A stretch of DNA of 64,000 nucleotides from a virus: the IMG/VR virus record IMGVR_UViG_3300031951_006582, positions 1-64,000 of that record. The stretch is one strand, 5' to 3'. Shown in pieces: positions 1-9,293 of this stretch. The notes below the pieces were generated by a model. It searched no databases, had not been told where the DNA came from, and was given only the letters and a program-made list of their open reading frames with translations. The position numbers and the translations under genes are program-made. The first letter of the stretch is position 1; every line of letters begins with the position of its first letter.

Positions 1-290
1 TTAAGCAGACTGAGACCGAAATTGCGGTCCTTCAGGTACAGTATGGATATCTCAATGAAAAATGTGACGATATCAAAACTGGCCTGAAGGACTTGACAAC
101 TCACATTGACAATCAAACAGAAGCTACTCATAACCTCATCAAAGAGTTTCAAGAAGAAAATAAAAAGCAACACGACGAAGTAAACGAGAAAATCGCTTCA
201 TTTGAAAAGTGGCGCTGGATGCTTATGGGAGCAGGTGTGTTAGCAGGCGCTATAGGATGGCCCACATTATCAGCACTTCTTGGTATGTAA
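1..290 (+). CDS. Coiled-coil protein with C-terminal TM helix (5'-truncated; XhlA/holin-like topology)
   Basis: Frame of ORF 93..290 is open back to the window start (KQTETEIAVLQVQY...); ends in WRWMLMGAGVLAGAIGW hydrophobic helix. Confidence 0.6.
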   Translation, partial: KQTETEIAVLQVQYGYLNEKCDDIKTGLKDLTTHIDNQTEATHNLIKEFQEENKKQHDEVNEKIASFEKWRWMLMGAGVLAGAIGWPTLSALLGM

Positions 291-692
291 TCAAGTAAGA
301 CTGTTCAACTTTTCAATCACAATATCAATATTCACAGTAGAAAATAATCCAGGGTGTAATGGTTTAGGATATAGACCAGACTTTACCCACGCATAGCCTA
401 CGTGTTCGTGATTTAATTTAGGAATAAATTCTTCTTCAATTTGACAGAAAAATGTATGATATGTGAAGTTTCCATTCACGAATTTTTGAATAGGAATAAT
501 CTTTAGATCAGAAATGTCAAATTGCATTTCTTCAAAGCATTCTCTTTTTATCCCATCAGACAACGTTTCATCATTTTCTATTCCGCCACCTGGGATACTC
601 CACATAGGAGTTTGCTTGTCATTTCTCAATAAGTATAGAAAGCTATTTGTTACTGAACTATAGAAGAAAACGCCGGCAGCTTGTTTTGACAT
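291..692 (-). CDS. NUDIX hydrolase
   Basis: Nudix box WSIPGGGIENDETLSDGIKRECFEE; likely start MSKQAAGVFF at 692, directly after the upstream stop. Confidence 0.85.
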   Translation of the reverse strand: MSKQAAGVFFYSSVTNSFLYLLRNDKQTPMWSIPGGGIENDETLSDGIKRECFEEMQFDISDLKIIPIQKFVNGNFTYHTFFCQIEEEFIPKLNHEHVGYAWVKSGLYPKPLHPGLFSTVNIDIVIEKLNSLT

Positions 693-693
693 A

Positions 694-2070
694 TTAGATA
701 ACGATACTGTAATCGCCTTCCCCGTACCATCCTTCATATGACTTGACCCACATGCCTTCAGTAGGTGCATATCTATATTGAATATTAGTAGTTAAATTCG
801 TTACAAATTGCACGGTAGTTGCCTCTTCAGCAGAAAATGCAACTTCCCATTGATTAGAATTAGCATTATATTCTATGATATCATTGGCTGCTGCAACTAA
901 ATCTCCCCAAGCAACAGTAGAATCTTCGTCATATCCTATATCTTCAACTATAAGATATCTTACATTTGGCCAAGGTCCCGGCAATCCAGCATTAGGACCA
1001 GTCAACTGAGGATTAATGATTGCGTTAATTGGTTCAAGTGTGTTTTGTGGTAGAGTATCTGGGTCAATATTATAAATCAAGAATCTATCATCAACCGGGT
1101 TAGGTACAATCGTGCCAACAATATCATCTTCCATATATGGGTTCTGTAACCAAATCTGACTGATACCTGGCTTAATTGCTCCATAAACGTTCAATAAGCT
1201 TGTCCAATACAAGTCTGTATTCGGATTCACTGGCTGTTCTAGTGAGCTATTAGGCGGATAGAATGCAGTAGCTTGTGGAAGCAACTGTAATTGATTGCCC
1301 AACAATAATAGTTTATAACCATATGGGCTAATCTTTTGTCTAGTTCCAAGCAACAAGTCTTCATCTTGAATATCATCAAGTGCTGCACCCTTAAAGATAC
1401 TTGCAATAACTTTATGAATGACACCCATCTTCTTGAGCTTACTGGCAGTAGTGAGCCATATAGGCATATAGAACTTCCAAGTCATAACATCAATTGGGTT
1501 GCCTGTTCCCTGAGGAATTTGTCTGCTGGTAAAAGTTATACCATCTTGGAATACTGCACTCAGCGAAGTCCAGTCAACAAAGTTATCAGTGCTTTGCAGT
1601 TCTAATGCTGGATTGAACAGCGTACCTAATTGTTCAATGATTTCTAACTTTTGATTGTAGTTAGTAGTCCAAAAATCAACAGTGATTCTTAGTGTATATG
1701 GAACTGGCATTAATCTTTCAACAGTGAATGCTTGTCCTTGTGTTGTCTCATAGCTTTGAGTATCTTGATTATATGCTCGTTGACGAACATTAACCTTATC
1801 AACGAATGTTGGGTCTTGTGTCCACTTTTGATTATACTCTAGTCCACTGATATAGTAAGTAATCATTGGTGCAGAGGGCAAGTTACTTGCACTGTTGTTA
1901 GCAATGATAGTGCTTGCTTGTCTGCTTGCGTCACCATACATAATTGGCACACGAAGAAGAATATCGTTACCATTTGGGTCTTTGCCCTTAGTTACGTACC
2001 AGTTACTAAAGATTTTAGCAAACTGAATTAAGAACCTTCTTATTTGATTATCGTAAAAATACTGTGCCAT
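694..2070 (-). CDS. Tail completion / sheath-stabiliser protein (T4 gp15-like) with C-terminal extension
   Basis: YFYDNQIRRF, RVPIMYGD, MPVPYTLRITVDFWT, EQLGTLFNP motifs typical of gp15-like proteins. Confidence 0.7.
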   Translation of the reverse strand: MAQYFYDNQIRRFLIQFAKIFSNWYVTKGKDPNGNDILLRVPIMYGDASRQASTIIANNSASNLPSAPMITYYISGLEYNQKWTQDPTFVDKVNVRQRAYNQDTQSYETTQGQAFTVERLMPVPYTLRITVDFWTTNYNQKLEIIEQLGTLFNPALELQSTDNFVDWTSLSAVFQDGITFTSRQIPQGTGNPIDVMTWKFYMPIWLTTASKLKKMGVIHKVIASIFKGAALDDIQDEDLLLGTRQKISPYGYKLLLLGNQLQLLPQATAFYPPNSSLEQPVNPNTDLYWTSLLNVYGAIKPGISQIWLQNPYMEDDIVGTIVPNPVDDRFLIYNIDPDTLPQNTLEPINAIINPQLTGPNAGLPGPWPNVRYLIVEDIGYDEDSTVAWGDLVAAANDIIEYNANSNQWEVAFSAEEATTVQFVTNLTTNIQYRYAPTEGMWVKSYEGWYGEGDYSIVI

Positions 2071-2073
2071 CTA

Positions 2074-3795
2074 TTATACTTCCGGGGGTACTGGGTCAAG
2101 AGCAGGTCGCAGCACAGATGATAGTGGTTGTGCTTGAGGAACAACTTCTTCAGTGTTATTTAGATAGATTTCACCCTGGTTGTTAATAAAGCCTGACAGC
2201 AATGACTTGTCGTCCGCAGTAAATCCAGTATCAGTTCTTACATTCTCGCTTATACGAATCCATAACTTTCCGTCCCAACGATATAGCAATTGAGGCATGT
2301 AATCAATGCGTAAGAAATAGTCACCTACTTGTGGATTTTGCGGGAAACTGATTCCAGCACCTACGGGGAAACCATTTGGTGCTTCGCCGTCACCTGTCAG
2401 ATAACCTGTGCTGTATCCAAACGTTCTAGGACTTGATCTAGTGATATACTGGAATCTAGGATCACAGTCTGCACGATAGTCCATTTGCTGAGTGATATCA
2501 CCGGTAAAGCCAGGAGCCTCAGGATTCTGATCAGCAGTAGCGTATGTATTATCAGCGGTACCGTATGGCCCTGTGATTATTCCTAATGACTGTACTGCTA
2601 ATGATTTAGTAGTTTCTACTGACCCAGAACCGCCCTCAGTGCGAACAGGAGCTTCTTCTACCATATTCAAACTAGTTTGAACAAATTTGTCAAGCTTGTC
2701 TTCAAAATGGTCCATGTCAGCGGTCATGTCCCAAATACTTTGCAGTGCTTCTTTTTTGATCTTGATGCCGACACTTGGAGTCTTGTACTTTGAGCTACGC
2801 ATAAACACGACGGTACCTTCTACGGGAACCTCAGTGCCTGTATTGCTTGAAGTGATTACGTCAACAGGCGGAGCGGGCTGATTGGTTTGATCAGACAGCA
2901 CATTGTTAGCTTTGTATCTACCATATGTGGGTACAATATACAACTTGCTCGTATCGTATCCGGCTTTGGGGACTAGTCTCTTAGCTTCTTCAAGCTGTGC
3001 ATTGTTGATTGCTATGTTCTTATTGTAGGTTGATAATATGTCAGCAAGATTACCATTAGTAATCTCTTTCCAATATGTTGAATTAGGTGGGGTGACACCC
3101 GCCGGGACCTCAATGATAGATTCATAGAGCTTATCACCAAAGTTAATTGTGTAGCCCGGCGGATATGTTTTGTCTTTGTCCCAATTACCGAGATAGTTAT
3201 CTTGATTAATTGGTTCTTTGAGAATGTCGCTAAATTCTTCACTGTTAACAAGTGGTTCACACTTGATACGCCATAAATGGGGATACCATGTCTGTGTAAA
3301 ACCTTCACTTGCATAGTTTGCATCGGTAATTTGATAGAATCGTTTCAATGCAACTGGGATAGTCTCATTAAGAGGATTGTAGTCCAACAAGTGTGGTAGT
3401 TCCAGTACGTCACCGACCATAAGTTTTCTACCTACAATGTCTATCATATCATTATAGTGGACAGTGATAAAGATTATATCATTATTCAAGAACAACCCAA
3501 ATTGGCTTAAGTCAAAGTCTAAGTTTTGCACGTTGTAGTGACCGCGCAAGCGATAGATGTTCTTATCATATACTCTATCACGGTTCTCTAAGAACAGCAA
3601 GTCTTGGATGTTTAGTGGACTTAGTACATCATAGTTTGGCTGAGTATAGTCAACACTAGTATCGCCGGTAGCTGGGCCTAGATACTTGTGAATGTACAAG
3701 TCAGTCCCGCCCACAGTGAATTGTTCGGATATCGTTCTATCTAGGAATCGATAGTCGTTTTGTTTGTTCGAACGGTATAAACTAAGCTTTGGCAT
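2074..3795 (-). CDS. Neck / head-closure protein (T4 gp14-like) with inserted CBM5/12-like module
   Basis: FDLSQFGLF, GDVLELPH, WYPHLWRIKC; internal WDKDKTYPPGYTINFGDKLY...PPNSTYW. Confidence 0.6.
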   Translation of the reverse strand: MPKLSLYRSNKQNDYRFLDRTISEQFTVGGTDLYIHKYLGPATGDTSVDYTQPNYDVLSPLNIQDLLFLENRDRVYDKNIYRLRGHYNVQNLDFDLSQFGLFLNNDIIFITVHYNDMIDIVGRKLMVGDVLELPHLLDYNPLNETIPVALKRFYQITDANYASEGFTQTWYPHLWRIKCEPLVNSEEFSDILKEPINQDNYLGNWDKDKTYPPGYTINFGDKLYESIIEVPAGVTPPNSTYWKEITNGNLADILSTYNKNIAINNAQLEEAKRLVPKAGYDTSKLYIVPTYGRYKANNVLSDQTNQPAPPVDVITSSNTGTEVPVEGTVVFMRSSKYKTPSVGIKIKKEALQSIWDMTADMDHFEDKLDKFVQTSLNMVEEAPVRTEGGSGSVETTKSLAVQSLGIITGPYGTADNTYATADQNPEAPGFTGDITQQMDYRADCDPRFQYITRSSPRTFGYSTGYLTGDGEAPNGFPVGAGISFPQNPQVGDYFLRIDYMPQLLYRWDGKLWIRISENVRTDTGFTADDKSLLSGFINNQGEIYLNNTEEVVPQAQPLSSVLRPALDPVPPEV

Positions 3796-3800
3796 ATAGT

Positions 3801-3806
3801 TATTTA
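3801..3806 (-). promoter_or_regulatory. Late promoter TAAATA, 5 nt before the ATG of 3795 (leaderless)
   Basis: Minus strand CGATAAATA-ACTAT-ATG; T4 gp55-type motif. Confidence 0.7.
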
Positions 3807-3820
3807 TCGGAAAAAAAAGG

Positions 3821-3849
3821 TTGACACTGGTTACCCTTTTTGTTATAAC
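3821..3849 (+). promoter_or_regulatory. Sigma70-type early promoter
   Basis: TTGACA-17nt-TATAAC with upstream A-tract. Confidence 0.75.
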
Positions 3850-3885
3850 GAATGAATCAACAACAGAAATGAAAGGTTGATCGAA

Positions 3886-4332
3886 ATGAAATTAGTCCCA
3901 GCCGAAAAACTTATTATTCCTATGGAAGACCGTCCTCGTTGCATCGAAGAAGGGTGCGACGAACCTGGGCACCACACTGGTAGATATCGTAAATCAGACG
4001 GCATGCCATATTTTCGTACTCGTTGCGAAAAGCATCATGCAGAATATCAGGGTAAAAAGAAGGGACAGACTTCACGACAGTGGAGAAATAGCTTTCATCC
4101 CTATCTACATCAGCGCAAAGACTATTGCGAAAACATTGATGGGCGCTTAGGTTTTGTTTGCACTACAACCATTACAATGGATGCAATGTTACAAGTAGAT
4201 CATATCGACGGCTGCCCGGATAATAATGATCCGGAGAATCTGCAAACATTCTGTGCATGTTGCCATATTCATAAGACCGTTACTAACAAGGATTATGCCA
4301 CTCCCGGACGAAAAACTCTAAAAAATGGTTGA
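3886..4332 (+). CDS. HNH endonuclease with Zn-finger
   Basis: LQVDHIDGCPDNNDPENLQTFCACCHIHKT; N-terminal CxxxxC...CxxH. Confidence 0.8.
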   Translation: MKLVPAEKLIIPMEDRPRCIEEGCDEPGHHTGRYRKSDGMPYFRTRCEKHHAEYQGKKKGQTSRQWRNSFHPYLHQRKDYCENIDGRLGFVCTTTITMDAMLQVDHIDGCPDNNDPENLQTFCACCHIHKTVTNKDYATPGRKTLKNG

Positions 4333-4357
4333 CACGGTTACCCAAAACTGCTATAAA
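4329..4357 (+). promoter_or_regulatory. Sigma70-type early promoter (near copy of 3821 promoter)
   Basis: TTGACA-17nt-TATAAA with TG extended -10. Confidence 0.75.
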
Positions 4358-4382
4358 GAATGTATAGCAAGGAGATTGTAAC

Positions 4383-4619
4383 ATGGCTCAGCAGACGATC
4401 AACGAAATCATGAATGAAATGGCAGAAGATATCCGCTGTGATATTCACGGTGATATCTATGGTCACGAACGTTGGGCCGAAGAAATCTTTCGTCTTCGTG
4501 CTGAACTTCGCCGCAATCGTGAAAAAGCTATTGAAGATAGCTGGGCCCGTAACCCTGATCGTAGCGGCGGTCAGTATAGCGATGCTGAAATTGCTCGTGC
4601 CCGTACGGAGCGGTGGTAA
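4383..4619 (+). CDS. Hypothetical early protein
   Basis: AAGGAG RBS, downstream of promoter, TAATG-coupled to next ORF. Confidence 0.7.
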   Translation: MAQQTINEIMNEMAEDIRCDIHGDIYGHERWAEEIFRLRAELRRNREKAIEDSWARNPDRSGGQYSDAEIARARTERW

Positions 4620-4717
4620 TGATTGAAATAGCCCGGGCTATGTTTGCGATTGGACTAGGCATACTGTCTATGATAATTTTTAGAGTCTTTCTTGATGTTT
4701 GGAAAGGACGTTGGTAA
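4619..4717 (+). CDS. Small membrane peptide (32 aa)
   Basis: MIEIARAMFAIGLGILSMIIFRVFLDVWKGRW; TAATG overlaps at both ends; not in ORF track. Confidence 0.55.
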   Translation: MIEIARAMFAIGLGILSMIIFRVFLDVWKGRW

Positions 4718-4875
4718 TGGAAGCATTAACCTTTGACGAATGGTATAAAAAGACATACCCCGGCGATTGGGCGTTGGCGCGTGAAGCATTGTCGCCTCCT
4801 GCAATAGAACGCTATGAACAAGCAAGTCGGGCATGGGAAGCCTCTCGTGAAAACATCCGTTATTGGGACTTATGA
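4717..4875 (+). CDS. Small hypothetical protein (52 aa)
   Basis: MEALTFDEWYKKTYPGDWA...RYWDL; AAGGA RBS, coupled start. Confidence 0.6.
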   Translation: MEALTFDEWYKKTYPGDWALAREALSPPAIERYEQASRAWEASRENIRYWDL

Positions 4876-4876
4876 C

Positions 4877-4975
4877 ATGAAGTTTCTTGAATTTATACTC
4901 ACGACATTTGCAGGACGTTTTGTTCTGTTTCTAATGATTGTTGCCGCAGCTTGGGCTTATAAGCTTTTAGGTTGA
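4877..4975 (+). CDS. Small membrane peptide (32 aa)
   Basis: MKFLEFILTTFAGRFVLFLMIVAAAWAYKLLG fills the gap exactly. Confidence 0.5.
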   Translation: MKFLEFILTTFAGRFVLFLMIVAAAWAYKLLG

Positions 4976-4978
4976 CCC

Positions 4979-5329
4979 ATGACTACTAACGCTTATCTGT
5001 TCATGTGGACTCAGTATGGCATTGAAGCCATCGTACCTATCACACAATATGAAGAACAAGACAAGCTTGACACTTGGAACATTCTCAGGGGTCAACCTAC
5101 GGGCAAGAATCCATTAGACGATATTCTTAGCTCCATGCAACTCAGGGCACGATTCAATCCTGGTCGTCACTATGAAATCTATGCTATGGATTGTGAGGAA
5201 GGCATCACCGAAGAACAGTTGTTTGAGTTGTGGGATAGCAACCCTCAATATGCAGCAGACCTGACCCGTGAAAAGGGTGTCTGTATGTTCAATGGTCGCA
5301 AGCCATTGCATGAAATCAAGGTTAGGTAA
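4979..5329 (+). CDS. Hypothetical protein
   Basis: 116 aa ORF in the early operon. Confidence 0.7.
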   Translation: MTTNAYLFMWTQYGIEAIVPITQYEEQDKLDTWNILRGQPTGKNPLDDILSSMQLRARFNPGRHYEIYAMDCEEGITEEQLFELWDSNPQYAADLTREKGVCMFNGRKPLHEIKVR

Positions 5330-5337
5330 TTTTTCGG

Positions 5338-5366
5338 TTGACAATTACCTATGGCTATTGTATAGT
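5338..5366 (+). promoter_or_regulatory. Sigma70-type promoter
   Basis: TTGACA-17nt-TATAGT, TG at -14. Confidence 0.75.
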
Positions 5367-5398
5367 GTATAAGTAATCTGAAATTCAGGAGATAATCT

Positions 5399-6649
5399 AT
5401 GGCTCGTCGCCCCGCTCTCATCAAGGCTCGTAAGCCTAAGAAGACCACTGTTCGTGTCGGCAAAGGTCTGACCGTTGCTAAAAGCACTAACACTACTGTT
5501 AAGGACCTTCGTCCGAAGGATACTGACATTGTTCATTACGGTCCCGAACCGAATTTCAGTGATAAGCAGCCCAATCCTGAACGCCGCGAAAGCGAACTTG
5601 GGAATGCGTATAGTTGGTACTCTCACTTTTATGGTCCTAAGGATGCTAAGATGTTCATCATCCAGTATCTTGAAGATACTAAGGCTGATAAGGAAATCAT
5701 CAAGCTTGTTCGTAAGGCCCCTGATAATCGCACTGTAACTACTGCTGGTTGGGTTGCTCGTTGTGCTACCCGTGGTCTTATCCTCGAACAGAAGAATATT
5801 GATTATATTCAACGGGCAGTTGACATTCTTGTTGACTTTGCTAAGCGCAATGTCAAGGATGATACTGATACTGAAACTGAAACGAAGCCTAAGCGTACTG
5901 TCAACATTCAGGAAGTCATGCGTGAAAAGGCTGATGAAGCCCTCGGTGATGTAGAAGCACTGTTTGACGAATTTATTGACGCAGGTTGCCCTAAGGACTT
6001 CAACGTTGACAAGCGTGTTGTAGGCGCACTGTCTGCACGTAACGTTCTCCCGCAGCATCTTGCTCTTGCTATTAAGCGTTATCAGCGTCTCCTTGACGAA
6101 TACCTTGAAGTTCAGGAAGGCAAGTGCGACCAGCTTAAGGAAGCATACAGCAACTACAGTAAGATGCAGATCCGTTATACTATCAAGTTTATCGAGGATA
6201 TCATCGGTGAATTGAATGGCTATATCAGTCTCAAGCAGGCAACTAAGAAGCCTCGTGCTAAGAAAGCAGTTCCTGTTGAAAAGGTTGTAGCTAAGCTTAA
6301 GCACTGCAAGGTATTCAAGGACGATGCTCTCAAGCTTGATCTTACTGGTCTAAGCCCCGTCAAGCTCCATCAGAGCACCGAAGCTTGGGTCTATGACACT
6401 AAGAAGCGTAAGATGCATCACTATGTCGCAGACGACTACAGCAAGTGCCTGATGATCAAGGGCAATACTGTTATTGGTTTTGACAAGAAGGAGTCAGGCA
6501 TCAAGTCGCTTCGCAAGCCTGCTGAACAGATTAAGGCATTGATGGGCAGTAAGCCTGCTGCTCGTAAGTTTTTCAAGGAGATCAAGGCTGTTGAAGCGGT
6601 ACCAAACGGTCGCTTCAATGCAGACATGATCATCCTCAAGGCATTTTAA
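5399..6649 (+). CDS. Basic hypothetical phage protein (416 aa)
   Basis: CAGGAG RBS, strong codon bias, Lys-rich; function not recognised. Confidence 0.75.
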   Translation: MARRPALIKARKPKKTTVRVGKGLTVAKSTNTTVKDLRPKDTDIVHYGPEPNFSDKQPNPERRESELGNAYSWYSHFYGPKDAKMFIIQYLEDTKADKEIIKLVRKAPDNRTVTTAGWVARCATRGLILEQKNIDYIQRAVDILVDFAKRNVKDDTDTETETKPKRTVNIQEVMREKADEALGDVEALFDEFIDAGCPKDFNVDKRVVGALSARNVLPQHLALAIKRYQRLLDEYLEVQEGKCDQLKEAYSNYSKMQIRYTIKFIEDIIGELNGYISLKQATKKPRAKKAVPVEKVVAKLKHCKVFKDDALKLDLTGLSPVKLHQSTEAWVYDTKKRKMHHYVADDYSKCLMIKGNTVIGFDKKESGIKSLRKPAEQIKALMGSKPAARKFFKEIKAVEAVPNGRFNADMIILKAF

Positions 6650-6660
6650 AAGGAAAATAT

Positions 6661-7074
6661 ATGACAACCCAAATTGATCTAAACAAGTACGCCGATTTTG
6701 TTCTTACCGTTTGTTCGGATCCTAGTAAAGCAGTAGACGCATTTGTGTCCCGCGTAAAGGAACTGGATGAAACAACCGGAGTCAATATTCCCTTATTGCT
6801 GACAGCCGGTATTGGTCTAGGAAGTGAAGGAGGAGAATTCCAAGAGATTGTCAAGAAGGTATTGTTCCAAGGTAAACCTTTGTCGGACGATACAGTGTTT
6901 CATCTTAAGCGTGAACTGGGCGACATTGCTTGGTACTGGGCTAATGCTTGTAACGCACTTGGACTTGATCCTAATGAGGTGCTTGCAGAGAACGTACACA
7001 AGCTACAGTCACGCTATCCGGGTGGCAAGTTTGATGCTCACTACAGCGAGAACCGTAAGGACGGCGACCTGTGA
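6661..7074 (+). CDS. mazG: MazG-like nucleotide pyrophosphohydrolase
   Basis: GLGSEGGEFQEIVKK...KRELGDIAWY...ENVHKLQSRYP. Confidence 0.85.
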   Translation: MTTQIDLNKYADFVLTVCSDPSKAVDAFVSRVKELDETTGVNIPLLLTAGIGLGSEGGEFQEIVKKVLFQGKPLSDDTVFHLKRELGDIAWYWANACNALGLDPNEVLAENVHKLQSRYPGGKFDAHYSENRKDGDL

Positions 7075-7310
7075 CGAAAGATGTTGAAGTATCTATTTTA
7101 AAACTTGTTGCCGAACAGTTTGGTTTAGGCAAAGTACATCCTAAAGATCGTCTTATTGAGGATTTACAGGGTGATGCATTAGACACAATTGAACTTATAA
7201 TGCGCCTAGAAGAACAATTTAATATTCAAATACCTGACGAAAAAGTAGACGATATCATTACGGTACAGGATGCTATTGATTGCGTTATTAAAAGCAATCA
7301 GTTAGTTTAA
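7071..7310 (+). CDS. Acyl carrier protein homologue lacking the phosphopantetheine serine (DSLD->DALD)
   Basis: EDLQGDALDTIELIMRLEEQFNIQIPDEKVDDIITVQDAID aligns to the AcpP consensus; GTGA overlap with mazG. Confidence 0.8.
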   Translation: MTKDVEVSILKLVAEQFGLGKVHPKDRLIEDLQGDALDTIELIMRLEEQFNIQIPDEKVDDIITVQDAIDCVIKSNQLV

Positions 7311-7317
7311 GCATAGT

Positions 7318-7361
7318 CATAATCGTTTCCTGATAAATAACATTAACAGGAAACAATTATG
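7318..7361 (+). promoter_or_regulatory. RBS/start-sequestering hairpin with late promoter TAAATA (7334-7339) in the loop
   Basis: CATAATCGTTTCCTG (7318-7332) pairs 14/15 with CAGGAAACAATTATG (7347-7361). Confidence 0.75.
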
Positions 7362-8144
7362 GCAGCAGACCCACTAGCAACACCAACTAACGCTAATTTA
7401 ACACAACTTAAAGAGGCTCTCTTTGAGAACCTTCGCTTACGTTTAGGCGGAGACATTGTTGATCTTGAATTAGATCCAGATCATTATGAAGCCGCATACG
7501 ACTATGCAATTAAGCTGTATAGACAGAGAGCGCAGAACGCAACGGTAGAAAGCTACACTCTTATGAGAGTGGAGAAGAACGTTGATACCTACACTCTTCC
7601 CAGCGAATTCATCAACGTCCGCTGCTTATATCGTAGAACAGTAGGTCTTGAAACAGGACCAAGTTCTACATCGTTTGACCCGTTCTCAAGCGCCATTCTC
7701 AATACATACCTACTGAACTACAACTATACCGGCGGTCTGGCTACGTATGATTTCTATGCCGGTTACGTAGAACTAGCAGCCAGAATGTTCGGTGGATATG
7801 TCACCTTCACATTTAACCCTGTAACTAAAGTCTTGCGAGTTGTAAGAGACTTCAAGGGTTCAGGTGAGCGCATTCTCATTTGGGCAGATATTCAGCGCCC
7901 TGAGATTGAGTTGATACAAGACCCTGGCGCCGGCGTTTGGATCGGCGACTATACACTTGCAGTACTAAAGGGTATCATCGGTGAGGCTCGTGAGAAATTC
8001 CAATCAATCGCAGGACCAAGCGGCGGCACTTCATTGAACGGCGCTGCTATGAAGGCTGAGTCCAAAGCTGAACAAGAAAGATTGATTGATGATCTACGTA
8101 AGTATCAAGATTATTCCCAACCACTCACTTGGATTCAAGGATAA
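7359..8144 (+). CDS. Neck protein (T4 gp13-like)
   Basis: LRLRLGGDIVDLELD, WIGDYTLAVLKGIIGEAREKF, GPSGGTSLNG. Confidence 0.75.
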   Translation: MAADPLATPTNANLTQLKEALFENLRLRLGGDIVDLELDPDHYEAAYDYAIKLYRQRAQNATVESYTLMRVEKNVDTYTLPSEFINVRCLYRRTVGLETGPSSTSFDPFSSAILNTYLLNYNYTGGLATYDFYAGYVELAARMFGGYVTFTFNPVTKVLRVVRDFKGSGERILIWADIQRPEIELIQDPGAGVWIGDYTLAVLKGIIGEAREKFQSIAGPSGGTSLNGAAMKAESKAEQERLIDDLRKYQDYSQPLTWIQG

Positions 8145-8147
8145 GGC

Positions 8148-8176
8148 TTGACAACACCCTCTTCTTGTGTTATATT
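8148..8176 (+). promoter_or_regulatory. Sigma70-type promoter giving a leaderless dNMP kinase mRNA
   Basis: TTGACA-17-TATATT, ATG 6 nt later, no SD. Confidence 0.7.
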
Positions 8177-8182
8177 CTAAGA

Positions 8183-8818
8183 ATGATCATAGGAATTACA
8201 GGACTTATCGGTAGCGGCAAAGATACTGCCGCTGACTATCTTTGCACTTTTCATGGCTTTAAGCGCATGAGTTTTGCCAGCGCATTAAAAGATGCTGTAG
8301 CAATCATCTTCAATTGGGACCGTGAACTTCTAGAAGGTTCAACTAAGGCCAGCCGTGAATGGCGTGAGCAAGTTGACGAATGGTGGGCAGAGCGTCTTGG
8401 CATCCCTCATCTAACCCCTCGTTGGGTGCTACAGCAATGGGGAACTGATGTTGCTCGTAAGAACTTTCATAATGACATTTGGGTAGCAAGCGTAGAGAAC
8501 AGACTACGCAATATCAAGGATGATATCGTAATCACTGATTGCCGCTTTGCTAATGAGGTAGATGCTATCAAGAACGCAGGTGGTATCACTCTTAGAACTC
8601 ATCGCGGCGAAGATCCTGAATGGTATTTTGTTGCTGTTTCTCTTAATACGACTACCGACCCTGCACTTAAAGAAGTGTATAAGGACGGATTAGATAACAA
8701 GTTCAACGTTCATGCCAGCGAGTATAGCAGTGTTGGGCTAGCCTACGATTATCATGTTGACAATAACGGAACGATTGACCATCTACACAAGCAGATGGAA
8801 TCAATAATCAACCGTTAA
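8183..8818 (+). CDS. Deoxynucleoside monophosphate kinase (T4 gp1-like)
   Basis: IIGITGLIGSGKDT P-loop, SFASALKD, TPRWVLQQWGTD, ITDCRFANE, HASE. Confidence 0.9.
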   Translation: MIIGITGLIGSGKDTAADYLCTFHGFKRMSFASALKDAVAIIFNWDRELLEGSTKASREWREQVDEWWAERLGIPHLTPRWVLQQWGTDVARKNFHNDIWVASVENRLRNIKDDIVITDCRFANEVDAIKNAGGITLRTHRGEDPEWYFVAVSLNTTTDPALKEVYKDGLDNKFNVHASEYSSVGLAYDYHVDNNGTIDHLHKQMESIINR

Positions 8819-9151
8819 GTCTCCCCTCTTCCATGTGACCTCTTTGCGCTTGACTACTTCAATACAATTGAGGCATATGGTTCGTAGATTGCTAAACGCT
8901 ACATTATTCAAATCGCCGTCGATGTGAAAGACGGTCATCTGACTAGGATACAGACTCTTAAAGCCGCACAAATCACAGTGCGGCTTTTTTTGATATCCAG
9001 CTTTCTCCCAACCGGGTCTTAATGGCTTCTTCTTAGCCTTCTTCTTGCCACAACTATCACATATACTGCGATAGTAGGTTTTGCCATTGCGGATGTAGTT
9101 TATCGCCCTATAATTCTTGTTGCAACTCTTGCATATGGGTCTTTTTAGCAT
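8801..9151 (-). CDS. HNH-like Zn-finger protein (degenerate)
   Basis: Multiple CxxC; VFHIDGDLNNVAFSNLRTICLNC; TAAATA 5 nt upstream. Confidence 0.6.
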   Translation of the reverse strand: MLKRPICKSCNKNYRAINYIRNGKTYYRSICDSCGKKKAKKKPLRPGWEKAGYQKKPHCDLCGFKSLYPSQMTVFHIDGDLNNVAFSNLRTICLNCIEVVKRKEVTWKRGDLTVDY

Positions 9152-9293
9152 AATGATATTTATTCATTTATGCCTTTAAAGGTTCGGTTAAACCAAGTTT
9201 TTTGATTTATAAACTAAATAATCATTAGAATCTTGATAATGTATATATCAAGGTAGGTGGTAAACCTCATAATCATACGAAGGAAAAAATATT

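Noticed and set aside
5345-6304. 319-aa antisense ORF (also 37431-38240 and 60692-61153)
   Set aside because: Shadows of strongly codon-biased sense genes; no RBS or recognisable motifs
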